From Paragordius varius (Eukaryota; Animalia; Nematomorpha), in contig OZ176054.1 of assembly GCA_964247055.1 (NCBI GenBank), positions 3,906,001-3,970,000 of the forward strand: 64,000 bases of DNA, read 5' to 3'. A model generated the notes under the pieces. It made no database searches and was not told the DNA's origin. It saw only the letters and a list, made by a program, of their open reading frames with translations. The position numbers and the translations under genes were made by a program. Positions 54,401 to 64,000 of this stretch are shown here, one piece after another. Position 1 is the stretch's first letter, and every line of letters starts with the position of its first letter.

Positions 54401-56562
54401 ATTTCAGCCCAATTGCTATTACTATTGGTATCCTGTTTTTCAAATAAATGCAAAAATAAAAACATAAAAATGTTCTTAATGACATTATAATATTTTCAAT
54501 TTTTTTTGTGTTATAAAACCCTTAATAAATAAAAAAAATTATGACCTGAATAAAATCGGTGTTAGAATCTTTAGAGTGCATTGTATTATTTACAGTGTTT
54601 GGTGGATAAAAACAGAGAACATTATTAATATTATCCGCGCTTTTGAATTGTTTGTCATTTTGTTCATTATTGATGGTGAAAATTTCAGCAAATGGTTTTT
54701 TACTATCAAATTCGTATTGGTTGTATTCGTTTGATTCCTTAACACTCTTGATTGATGTGACCGGTTTAAAAATGCACAGAGATTTTAATTTGCGTAACAT
54801 TATAGGTACCTATGATTGTAATAATATAATTAAATTAAATATTTTTCAAGAAATATATGTTTCGAGTGTATGGGATATTTCTAACAATGATTGCGCCCAT
54901 GTATTTCGTTAAATAATATTTAAATATATATATATATATATATATATATCCTTTGTTCATTTAATAAATTTTGAAAAAGTACAAAAAATTATTTCGATAA
55001 GTTGGAAACGAAAATAAAAGAAATACCAAATTTGCATTTTTCTCCTTCGTTTCTCCGGCTAACTCAGGAATTTCCATTGCTGATCCAATGATACCAATAG
55101 CGTAGGAGCTCAGTGGTTCCTTAGCAAATTGAGCCCATTGATATAAGCGATTTAATAATCCCTCCTAAAATAATTAATAAAAATATATTGGATATTTTAT
55201 TTAAACAAATTTCCTGTCTGTGAATAGCAAAATATATATAATTTGGGCAAAAAACGTAAAAGCGTTTCGCAACCAAATTTGGCTTTATAGTTTAGAAAAA
55301 ATATTTGAATATATAAAGTGGGTGTATCATATACAAATAATTAAAACTATATAATTCTTTAATCTAATAATTTAATCCGAATTTTTTTCCAGACGCATTT
55401 TTAATTTTGATCCAAACCGACACAAAACTTGTTTTAAAACTATGGCGTTGGGAAATATTAAATTATCAAATATAAAAAGATTATAGTAAATTATATATAC
55501 CTATTATGTAAAGAAAAGATAAATAAGGATTTATTTATTTTATAAAGAACTCTTTAAATTATTTAATAATTTAAACACATATATACCCTAAATATGTTAT
55601 TCAATACAATAAAAGATGCTCAAAACCAGACCCATTCATTCTGGTTTGGGATTCATGTAAAATTTTATTTTGGTTTTGGTTCCATAGGTATATCTTAAAA
55701 AAGCTAATTTTGGTAAAATAGGTGTTTTGGGGGAATTGTATATAAAATAAAATACAGGGAACCTAATTTTTATTAAAAGAAATAATTGCCGCAAAAGCAT
55801 TAACATAAATGGTATAAAAATTCATATGACGCTAGTTTCATCTAAAAAAACAAGAAACATATTTTGATAATTCAAAAAATCGAAATAAATTTTGTTAATA
55901 AGGGTAAGGTTGTATTAAAAAACAAAAAAAGGATAAAAATTAAATCAACAGTTAGAAACCGCATCCGTACCAAAACAATTCTAAAATATTGAAAATTTTA
56001 TAAAGAAAAAAAAGCAAATATAACTTTTCTATATTAATGGATCTATATAACATCTAATTACTAATAATATTGCTTTTAACCATATATAATGAAAAATATT
56101 ACAGCTTCAGAGAGTACGAATGAAGTTTCCATGCCAGGAAGAATGTCGATAAACAGACGACAAGCAGATGAGTTAATTCTATCTTCATTCTCTCGATTTC
56201 GATTATTCATATATTCATTCACCAACGTACTCATAAATAAATCGTGTCGCACAACTAATTTCAGCAATTGTCCTAAGATACCCTCTGAGTCTATGCGAGC
56301 TACATAAAAGGAAAAATAGTTAAGAATATTAAATAATAAATCGAATATAATTAATATACAGGGATGCCGTTCATCAAATGGATCTGGATCAGTTTTATAA
56401 AAATATTCAGTTTCCTCTTCAATAACATCACAAAGTCTCACCAATTAAACAAATTTTATACTTTTCAAGTAAATAGGCTGGATTATAATTATTAGTTCTG
56501 TATTGATCATGCCATTCATCCAATAAATCTTCTAATATTTTCAAGCTATCCTCCCTAGGCAT
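35052..56562 (-). CDS. DCAF1: DDB1- and CUL4-associated factor 1 (VprBP): armadillo-like region, LisH, WD40, acidic tail, plus a long low-complexity C-terminal extension
   Basis: N-term [28 protein letters not shown]; [15 protein letters not shown]; [17 protein letters not shown]; [28 protein letters not shown]; Lis[29 protein letters not shown] (47368-48693 ORF); [26 protein letters not shown]; WD40 [31 protein letters not shown]; CRLYEIGR then the acidic tract (41922-41800). The core (56562 to 41405) is high confidence. The tail exons to 35052 are inferred from a phase-consistent GT-AG chain. Confidence 0.9.
42137..42562 (+). mobile_element. Non-autonomous Helitron, 426 bp, in a DCAF1 intron
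   Basis: 5' end TCTATATATTTATAAAATGG preceded by A. 3' end CTAG (42559-42562) followed by T. GC hairpin CTCGGGCTGCGTAGCAGCACGAG (42529-42551) lies 7 nt before the CTAG, with a second hairpin GAAGTCC-GAA-GGACTTC just upstream. No TSD. These are canonical Helitron hallmarks. Confidence 0.9.
51392..51440. repeat. (TA)n microsatellite; others at ~9918-9946, ~43966-43985, ~54925-54948, ~62900-62919
   Basis: Direct inspection. Confidence 0.9.
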
Positions 56563-56798
56563 AGATATAACAACAGATAGGACGTTCCAAAAAAGGTTGC
56601 AAAACTGTTGTAATTTAGGATGTATTATGCAAGCTTTTAAATTTTTAAAGCATGATTTTTGAGTTTAAACTACTCTTATTAAGTTTAATAGGCCAATAAA
56701 TCTAATTTTTATGCATTTTATTATTTATACCTATAAGTACGATGCCGATACATTGCATAAATTAATAAATCCTGATACAAGTTATATATATTCTAGTT

Positions 56799-59129
56799 CA
56801 GTGATACTCAAACCGCGGCCCGCGGGCCGCATGCGGCCCTAAGAGTGCTTTTAAATTGCCCTATGACCTTATTGTTACTTAAATTATTTTTTTTATTTGC
56901 TGAATTTTTAAAATACACATAATCGGATTTTCGCTTTTTTCAATATTAATTTATTCTATTATTTAGATTTTATTTTGGAAATTTTACATTTTACTCAATT
57001 TGAAATGTAGAAAAACTTCCCTACATTAAAATGATTTCAAAATTTTGGCACACGTTATTTTTGTTTCTGCATTTTATTTTATTTTCTATTTTGAAATTGT
57101 TTTGTATATTCAAGCCTTTCACCCAAACTTGCATATACATATTCTTTACATGCTATCCTGCATTATTTTTTATAACTCATTCCCATCAAATGTTTTTCAA
57201 ATCAGCATCATTTTATTTTGATCTATTTTTTAATAGCATAATTCAAATTATATTCCTTTTTTTGAAAAAAATTTACATAATATTTAAACATAAATTCAAA
57301 GGATGACATTTAATACTGAAAAACGTATATTATCCGATGAAAATCGCTCCTTTTCAAAAGAGAATGAGAAGAAAAATTCTCTTGTTTAAAAATGTCACCT
57401 GCCTTATATGTAAGGACAACATAATTAAAATACACCATTGAAAGATATTTTACAATCCATTCTCACAAATTACCAGAAAATTATGAGGAAGAAAACGAAA
57501 AATATAAAAAGATTAGAATTATACCAGGAAGAAAACTCTATTATGTCCATAGCTTTCTCTCAGGAAAAAGCTGTAACATTATCGTATGAAATTTGCTATA
57601 TTTTAGCAAATATATGAAACCGTTTGCTGATTGTTAACTAATAGAATGTTTAATAAATGGTTGCACTTTTTTATTTTAGAAATTCCATAGATCAAATCAT
57701 AAGGCAAATTAAAAAACTTCAATTTTATGATTCAACATGTGCTCGCGCATCGAAGATATGTCTAAATATTGGCTCTGAAAAACTGCAATTTTAGTTTTGC
57801 TATTAATTGTAGCATTGATATTAGTTCAGCTCCTCAGCAGGCACTCTTGTGAGATATTGCAACGACAACATAATCAACGAGGAATATTTAAAATTTTTAT
57901 CAATAAATAATACCACGAAAGAGAGTGATATTCTCGAAATAATTAGCACTTTTTTCGATAATAATGGTATATCCTAGAAAAAATTGGTTTCGATTTGCAC
58001 AGATGGCTGTCCCTCTATATTGGAATAAACAAAGGATTTATTCCTCTTTTGAAAAACAAATATAGTTTGCAAAATATTTATCCTTTACCTGCTTTATTTA
58101 TCAGCAAAACCTGGTTTCGCAAAAGATGGATACTCAATTTAGTAATTTTAAACGGTGGTGGATATGGTAAACCACAGAACCAGAGAATTCAACCGCCGTT
58201 AACTCAAAACCTTTTGCAAGATATCCACAAAGAGTTTGATGATATTAATTTGTATACAGCTGTGAGATGGCTAAGTCTTAGCTAAGTTTTATATAGATTT
58301 TTTATTTAAGACATGAAATTCTATTATTTATATTACAGAAAGTTTGACAAGGAAATTAATAGTGACAAATGATGGGTTCTACCTTTGTGACAACATTTAT
58401 AAACTTAGTATTTTTAATACCAGTCAAGGGAGCAAAATAATAACCCAGCTAATGGAGATTAATTTAAAATTAGATTATTTAATTTTATCTAATGAGATAA
58501 AATTTAATTTAGGATTAAGATATTTTGCTTAAAACTCGTTGAAAATCCCTGGCATATTGATATTTCCAATATTAAGCAAACATTTCGGTTTTGATCAGGC
58601 GCTATCATTAAAAAATTCATAAATTTTAAAAATGATTCCAATTTAAGGCTATATTCAAGGAGAATTGTGGAATAGAAATATATGTAGAGTGTTTGCAAGA
58701 TGTGCCAAATAAATATGAAAATATAAAAAAATGTGCTCAACTTATTCTAACTGTTTTTCCCTCAACTTACACGTGTGAGACGTAATATTAAAAAATGAAG
58801 TGTGTCAAGAATACCTACAGAAATCGCTTAACCGATGATCATATGGACGAGGCATTAAGATTGGCCTATCAAGAGACGAAACCAAATTTATCAAAAATTA
58901 TTGGTTAATATCAAAATAAATGTTGTTATCAATATATTTTAATTTTTTATAACTAGGTGCAAAACGAGTTTTTAGCTGGATTACATCCGCAAAAAATTCA
59001 TTGGCTGATTTAAAGTATAAGTGCATATGTGTCAAATAGCTATGGATATTTGCCATTATAAAGTTCATGGCCCTCGAAAAAAAATTATATTTTATTTGGC
59101 CCGTCAAATTTTTTTGGTGAGTACCACTG
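56799..59129 (+). mobile_element. hAT DNA transposon, Buster/SPIN/Charlie group, 2331 bp, decayed
   Basis: TIRs CAGTGATACTCAAAC and (rc) CAGTGGTACTCACC, with GCGGCCC subterminal motifs. 8-bp TSD TTCTAGTT (56791-56798) / TTCTTGTT (59130-59137), one mismatch, with the central TA typical of Buster elements. Confidence 0.9.
57302..58895 (+). pseudogene. Frameshifted hAT transposase (GTF2IRD2/ZBED8/SPIN-like)
   Basis: Fragments in several frames: ENRSF..TCLIC (BED-like), CTDGCPS, TAVRWLS, and the dimerisation motif FPSTYTCE...KNTYRNRLTDDHMDEALRL. Many stops and frameshifts. Confidence 0.8.
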
Positions 59130-59169
59130 TTCTTGTTAAATATTGAGGCCTATCAATCATTTTGAAATA

Positions 59170-59340
59170 GCGCTTTGGTGTAGTAGGTCGCGGACTATTA
59201 CATTACGTGCCAGAGTTCAAACCCTAAACAACACAATTCCGCCATTAAGCCCTCGGCAGGCAAGTCTTAAAGCATTTACATGTCCGAGAATAATTTAATA
59301 AGTCCTTTAAACTTCTCTTTTTATTGCAATGCGTGGCCCA
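59170..59340 (+). mobile_element. tRNA-derived SINE-like head; 3' extent uncertain
   Basis: Pol III A-box-like TGGTGTAGTAGG (59176-59187) and B-box-like GAGTTCAAACC (59213-59223) at tRNA spacing, without a complete cloverleaf, followed by a GC-richer body. Confidence 0.5.
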
Positions 59341-59379
59341 AATGATCTTCAAGCATAAATCTGAACTAATAAATGATAA

Positions 59380-59620
59380 CTCTAATTGAGGATAATTCTT
59401 CAATAATAGATAAATATTAAAATTGATCATCTGCGTATTTTGGCTTCTCGTAGTTGATTATTAATAACTTATGCCAACACCTTGTAGCTATAGTCCAATA
59501 TCATATTTGCAATTGTTTCGCTCGATTAACGTATTATAGCCAGGGTTTTCATAATCATTTACCCTTTCAAAATTGAGAGCTAGACACGATAACTTTTAAA
59601 ACTAAGTTTGAATTCTAACC
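59380..59620 (-). pseudogene. Highly decayed LINE RT fragment
   Basis: Reads ILDYSYKVLA*VINNQLRE followed by an ADQF-like segment, resembling the LLSxxYKxLAxxIxxRL / STxDQI motifs of LINE RT. Stops present. Confidence 0.3.
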
Positions 59621-59879
59621 AAAGCTGAAACACCTTATTAACCTGGTAAAAAGTTTAAAAACATATAAAAATATCACTTATGTTATGATAAATTATTCCT
59701 CTAACAACAATGACTTTTTAAAGCTCTCATATTACTTAATCACTAGATACATTTATTTAGTAACAATCATATTTGAAATCTTGTTTTATTAAACTAAAGC
59801 TTGAATGAAATTCTTTTTTGTAAAATTTTTTGCAAGTTTTGTGAAAAAGACCCACGATGGTGAAAATGAAGATAATGAA

Positions 59880-60721
59880 CAGAGTGCACACAAAAAATAT
59901 CATAATGAAATAAATATATTTTGATAGAAAAAATATTGGGAATCTCATAGTGCTTTTGATTTTGGGACTTCCCAGTGATATAAGAAAGTTATTTACACTT
60001 TTGTGGTAAGTGCTCCTTATCAGATGACAAAATTTTACCACAATTTTTATATTAACTTTTTATACATGATACATTCCAAAAATATCACTAAAATATTTGA
60101 TAAACTACTTATAAAAAGCAAAAAATATATTTATAATATTTAAAGTTTTAGTTGGAGTGATAGCCCCAAATTTTGCTCCTCTAAACCGGATTAGTTCGTT
60201 TAAAATAAACCCCAAAATGTCGAGATTGCGCGATAATTTTAAATATAGGCCAATTATATTTTGAAAAAATGCATACTTTTAAATGTTAATATCTAAAAAC
60301 GTTTATATACCGTTCCCATCATACCTAAAGTAGGAAGTACGCTTTAACATAATTGTGCTAAAAATTGAATTTTTAAAACTATGCATTTAAAAAAAAATTT
60401 TGATGTCAAAATTTAGGATATATTTAAAAATTTTATTTGCGTTCATTTTAAAAGAACTAGCCCGTTTGAAAGCAAAAAAATTTGGGACTTTCAGAGCCCT
60501 TTTTGGAATGAAGCATATAAATTTAATAAGAAGTTTATTACAAAAAATATTCTCAATTTTTGCCATTTTCCTATACAGAGTTACTACAATAGTATATATA
60601 ACTTTATATCACTCTGAAGCCCCAAAACCAAAAGCACACCATGAGATTCCTGATAAATCTTTCTATCAAAATATAATTATTTCATATAGATATTTTTATG
60701 ACCCTGATTTTGTGCACTGTG
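59880..60721. mobile_element. Family A palindromic copy
   Basis: Left AGAGTGCACACAAAA, right TTTGTGCACTGTG. Internal blocks shared with the 4855-5930 and 7020-7450 copies. Confidence 0.65.
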
Positions 60722-61479
60722 CATATTAGATTCATTCATATAAAAAAATGAGACGTTTGTTTGTTAAACCGGAAAAATGGTAAAAAATAATTTTTAAAAA
60801 TTGTCGACTTACCATTATTATATTTTTATAATAGATAAAGAATTTTATTTAAAAAATATTTTTATGGAAAAAATTATGAGTTTTGTTTAAATACTTGGAA
60901 AATAAAAAAAATCTATCTTAAAAATATTTAACCAAAATTTATGAAGTTTTAAGTTTATTGATGACAACAATCAACTTTAAGATTGCGCCTATTTACAATT
61001 CTCTAAAACTGACTTAAAAACATCGGTATATCGTTTAATTTAGAATATCATTAAATCATATTTATGATAAACAAATTCGACATCTGTATCTTGTTCTCCT
61101 GAAAAAAAACAATTAACGGGAAAGTTTGGAAGATACTTCAAAGGCATTCTGAGCAGATAATATTAGAGTATAAACCTATTATTATCATCAACATACACAC
61201 TTAACAAGTGAAACCATATTCAAAAAACGTAGGCTATTCGGGTATTTTATATGATTACAAGGAGATATAATTTACATGTCCAGTGCCATGTATGAAGTTT
61301 AATTGAAAAATGTTTTTTTTCCACAGTTATGAAAAAGGTGTTTAATAAAAACGATAAAACTCATACATGGCAGCAGCATGTAAATGAAATCCTCGTTTAG
61401 CCCCATTTAAAATAATGAATAGGTCTATAAAATAGCTCTCGTTATTTATCAATTTAATATACCATTTCCCAGTCTAAAT

Positions 61480-61668
61480 AAACGTTTTCCCAGTCAATCG
61501 AAACATTTTCCCAATCAATCAAAACGTTTTCCCAGTCAATCGAAACGTTTTCCCAGTCAATCGAAACATTTTCCCAGTCAATCGAAACGTTTTCTCAGTC
61601 AATCGAAACATTTTCCCAGTCAATAAAAACATTTTCCCAATCAATAAAAACGTTTTCCCAGTCAATAA
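61480..61668 (+). repeat. 9 x 21-bp tandem repeat AAAC(G/A)TTTTC(C/T)CA(G/A)TCAAT(CG/CA/AA), left arm
   Basis: Units counted directly; no spacers between them. Confidence 0.95.
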
Positions 61669-62049
61669 AAACGGTTTTATTTTTGATGATAAATATCAAA
61701 ACATGATATAAAAATAACTTTTAACCATTATCAGCGTAATATTAGGATATTATTTTTTATAAAAACACAATTATTATATGACAATTCTAAATATATTCCA
61801 GTGCACAATCATTAATGACTTATTCTTTAAAAGTTATATTTTTGGAATTTGAGATGTTTTTAAGATAATATTTTTTATTTTATCGATGGTTCGCATCAAT
61901 ATCTGTGGCTAAATTATAAAATCTATAGTTACGGATTAAATAATAAAATTTATAAAAATATACCATTTTTATCTGAAAGGTCATTTAACACCTCCTATTG
62001 GATCTTAAACATAAATTTTACCCTAATTTTAATATTTATCATTTGGTTT

Positions 62050-62322
62050 ATCGGGTGCCCAACGCGGCCTGCCGAGTATCTTTGTGCGGCCAGCTAAAAA
62101 TTTAGAAATCCATAAAATCACAAAATCTTAGTAATTTTCATATTTCTTACGCAATTATAATAAATGAGTCTGTTAAATTTGTAACAAATTAAAAAAAATT
62201 GTTATATTTTTGTATTTTACAGTATTACGTCTAATCGAAAAATTATTTATGAAATATATCGAACGGAACGCTGTGCTTTTTGAGTAATGCGGCCCGCAAA
62301 GCCTATTGGTTAGACACCACTG
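62050..62322. mobile_element. Charlie-like hAT MITE in the spacer of the foldback element
   Basis: Right end (rc) CAGTGGTGTCTAACCAATAGGCTTTGCGGGCCGC. Degenerate left end GGGTGCCCAACGCGGCCTGCCG. Same GCGGCCC subterminal motif as the element at 56799. Confidence 0.55.
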
Positions 62323-62682
62323 TTTTAGTCAAATATCTTTTTACTTAATATTTTTAAATTTATCGAAAAAATTTTTTGTTTAGAATTTTTTTCCGACAGT
62401 ATTCTAATGGAAAAACTTGAAATGTTTAAAAACTGTTTTGAAGCGTTCGGCAAATATTAATGCGAACCATCAATAAAAAATATTATCTTAAAAACATCTC
62501 AAATTCCAAAAATATAACTTTTAAAGAATAAGTCATTAATGATTGTGCACTGGAATATATTTAGAATTGTCATATAATAATTGTGTTTTTATAAAAAATA
62601 ATATCCTAATATTACGCTGATAATGGTTAAAAGTTATTTTTATATCTTGTTTTGATATTTATCATCAAAAATAAAACCGTTT

Positions 62683-62871
62683 TTATTGACTGGGAAAACG
62701 TTTTTATTGATTGGGAAAATGTTTTTATTGACTGGGAAAATGTTTCGATTGACTGAGAAAACGTTTCGATTGACTGGGAAAATGTTTCGATTGACTGGGA
62801 AAACGTTTCGATTGACTGGGAAAACGTTTTGATTGATTGGGAAAATGTTTCGATTGACTGGGAAAACGTTT
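62683..62871 (-). repeat. 9 x 21-bp tandem repeat, inverted copy in the right arm
   Basis: Exact mirror of 61480-61668, including the order of variant units. Confidence 0.95.
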
Positions 62872-64000
62872 ATTTAGACTGGGAAATGGTATATATCCTT
62901 ATATATATATATATATATACGATTATATACAATTTAATTATATGTCGTTCTAAAATAGAATCAAAATGGAGTCTCACTTTTATTAACGTCCTCAATAACA
63001 TTCATTCTATGTCCTCTCCAGGTAAAATACCATAATATAAAATTGTAATTCATTTTGTTTAATTTTAATAAATTTTTAACAATTTGAGATATAAACTTTT
63101 TAATAATAACAATTATAAAAAAGAAATATATGATTATGGATCGATATCTTCGCGTTATTTTTAGTTGTGATATGTAATATTTAATAAAATTTGATTAAAC
63201 GTTAATTAATACGTCGCAATTCAAATCTAATTTAATTGTTTTGATATTCATTTATTATTTTGAATTACCTTAATTTTATTTTATTAATTAACCCTTAAAA
63301 ATATAGAGTGAAAAGCATCTAAAAACTAGAAGTATTGTAAAATATATATACAGTCCTCATAAAATGAAATCAATCTGATTCCAAAAAAATTTACATGAAT
63401 CACCAGAACCTTTAGGAGTTGAGATTTATAATTTTAAATTTGATTAAATACCGAAATTCACAAATTTAGCATATTGTTTTATATATTTTTTTCAAATAAA
63501 TTATTTGCCAATATATTTTGCATTATTGTCATTTGATATCCAAAAGCCTCGAGTTTTAAAACCCTGTAAAATGGGTGCAAGTTATTTTGTTTTAAACACT
63601 CATTTAAAAACGTAAAAAGGCGGGAGAAGTCCTATAAAATTTATTTAATGCTAGATTAGCACAAAAATTAATTATCTTTAAACGCATATTTTCCCTATAA
63701 AATCATTTAGTGAACTTTTATTATCACCATCATAGTAGGGCAAATTACTAAAAATATTATAATACTTTTTTCTAATAAATCAATACCACTAAATTTGTTG
63801 CAGCGCAGTATTTTAATTTATTTTTTTTGCCACCAAATTTTTATAAATTTGATATATTAGGCAACCAATATTAGCATTATTTCGATAACAAATTTTCTAA
63901 TTAAGTATTACAAAATTTTGAGAAGTAACTGGCAAAAATTGGTAATTTGAATAGTATTATATTGTTGTATTTTAGACAGATTTATGAAATTCAACGAAAT

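Larger units (their letters stand above)
61457..62894. mobile_element. Foldback-type element: ~445-bp near-identical inverted arms (61457-61902 / 62454-62894) around a ~550-bp spacer
   Basis: The arms are reverse complements with only a few differences by eye. Termini TATACCATTTCCC...GGGAAATGGTATA. No convincing long TSD (a TA/TATA duplication is possible). Confidence 0.85.

Noticed and set aside
61480-62871. 21-bp repeats as a CRISPR array
   Set aside because: Units are contiguous with no spacers, they lie inside inverted arms, there are no cas genes, and the context is eukaryotic.
60950-63450. Exon-like patches flanking the foldback element (61040-61410, 62947-63020, ~63380-63430)
   Set aside because: No recognisable motif and no consistent chain. 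They may belong to a gene continuing beyond the window.

Overview
A very AT-rich (about a quarter GC by eye) stretch of an animal nuclear genome; not prokaryotic, and no CRISPR array. By splicing exons manually I can reconstruct six conserved genes: FIS1 (-, 1985-2426), an FE65/APBB adaptor (-, about 8197-17640), PTB/PTBP (+, 20268-24362), GGA (-, about 27964-34528), COX6B (+, 34585-34924) and DCAF1/VprBP (-, 35052-56562). The ORF track shows only fragments of these. The main feature is a two-class intron system: many GT-AG introns of only 21-26 nt sit beside kilobase introns filled with transposons. Such tiny introns in metazoan genes suggest a reduced parasitic lineage such as Myxozoa or Dicyemida (inference only). 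Mobile DNA includes a Helitron family in three structural states carrying a ~160-bp satellite, a Buster/SPIN-type hAT with an 8-bp TSD, a decayed RTE LINE with a PHD-like finger, a foldback element with mirrored 21-bp arrays, palindromic MITE families and a tRNA-type SINE head. Gene-level oddities are a ~480-570-aa low-complexity C-terminal extension of DCAF1, a 56-bp head-to-head GGA/COX6B promoter, an N-terminally shortened FIS1 abutting a Helitron, and a WW domain lacking its second Trp. All homology calls come from my recall of family motifs; no database search was run.
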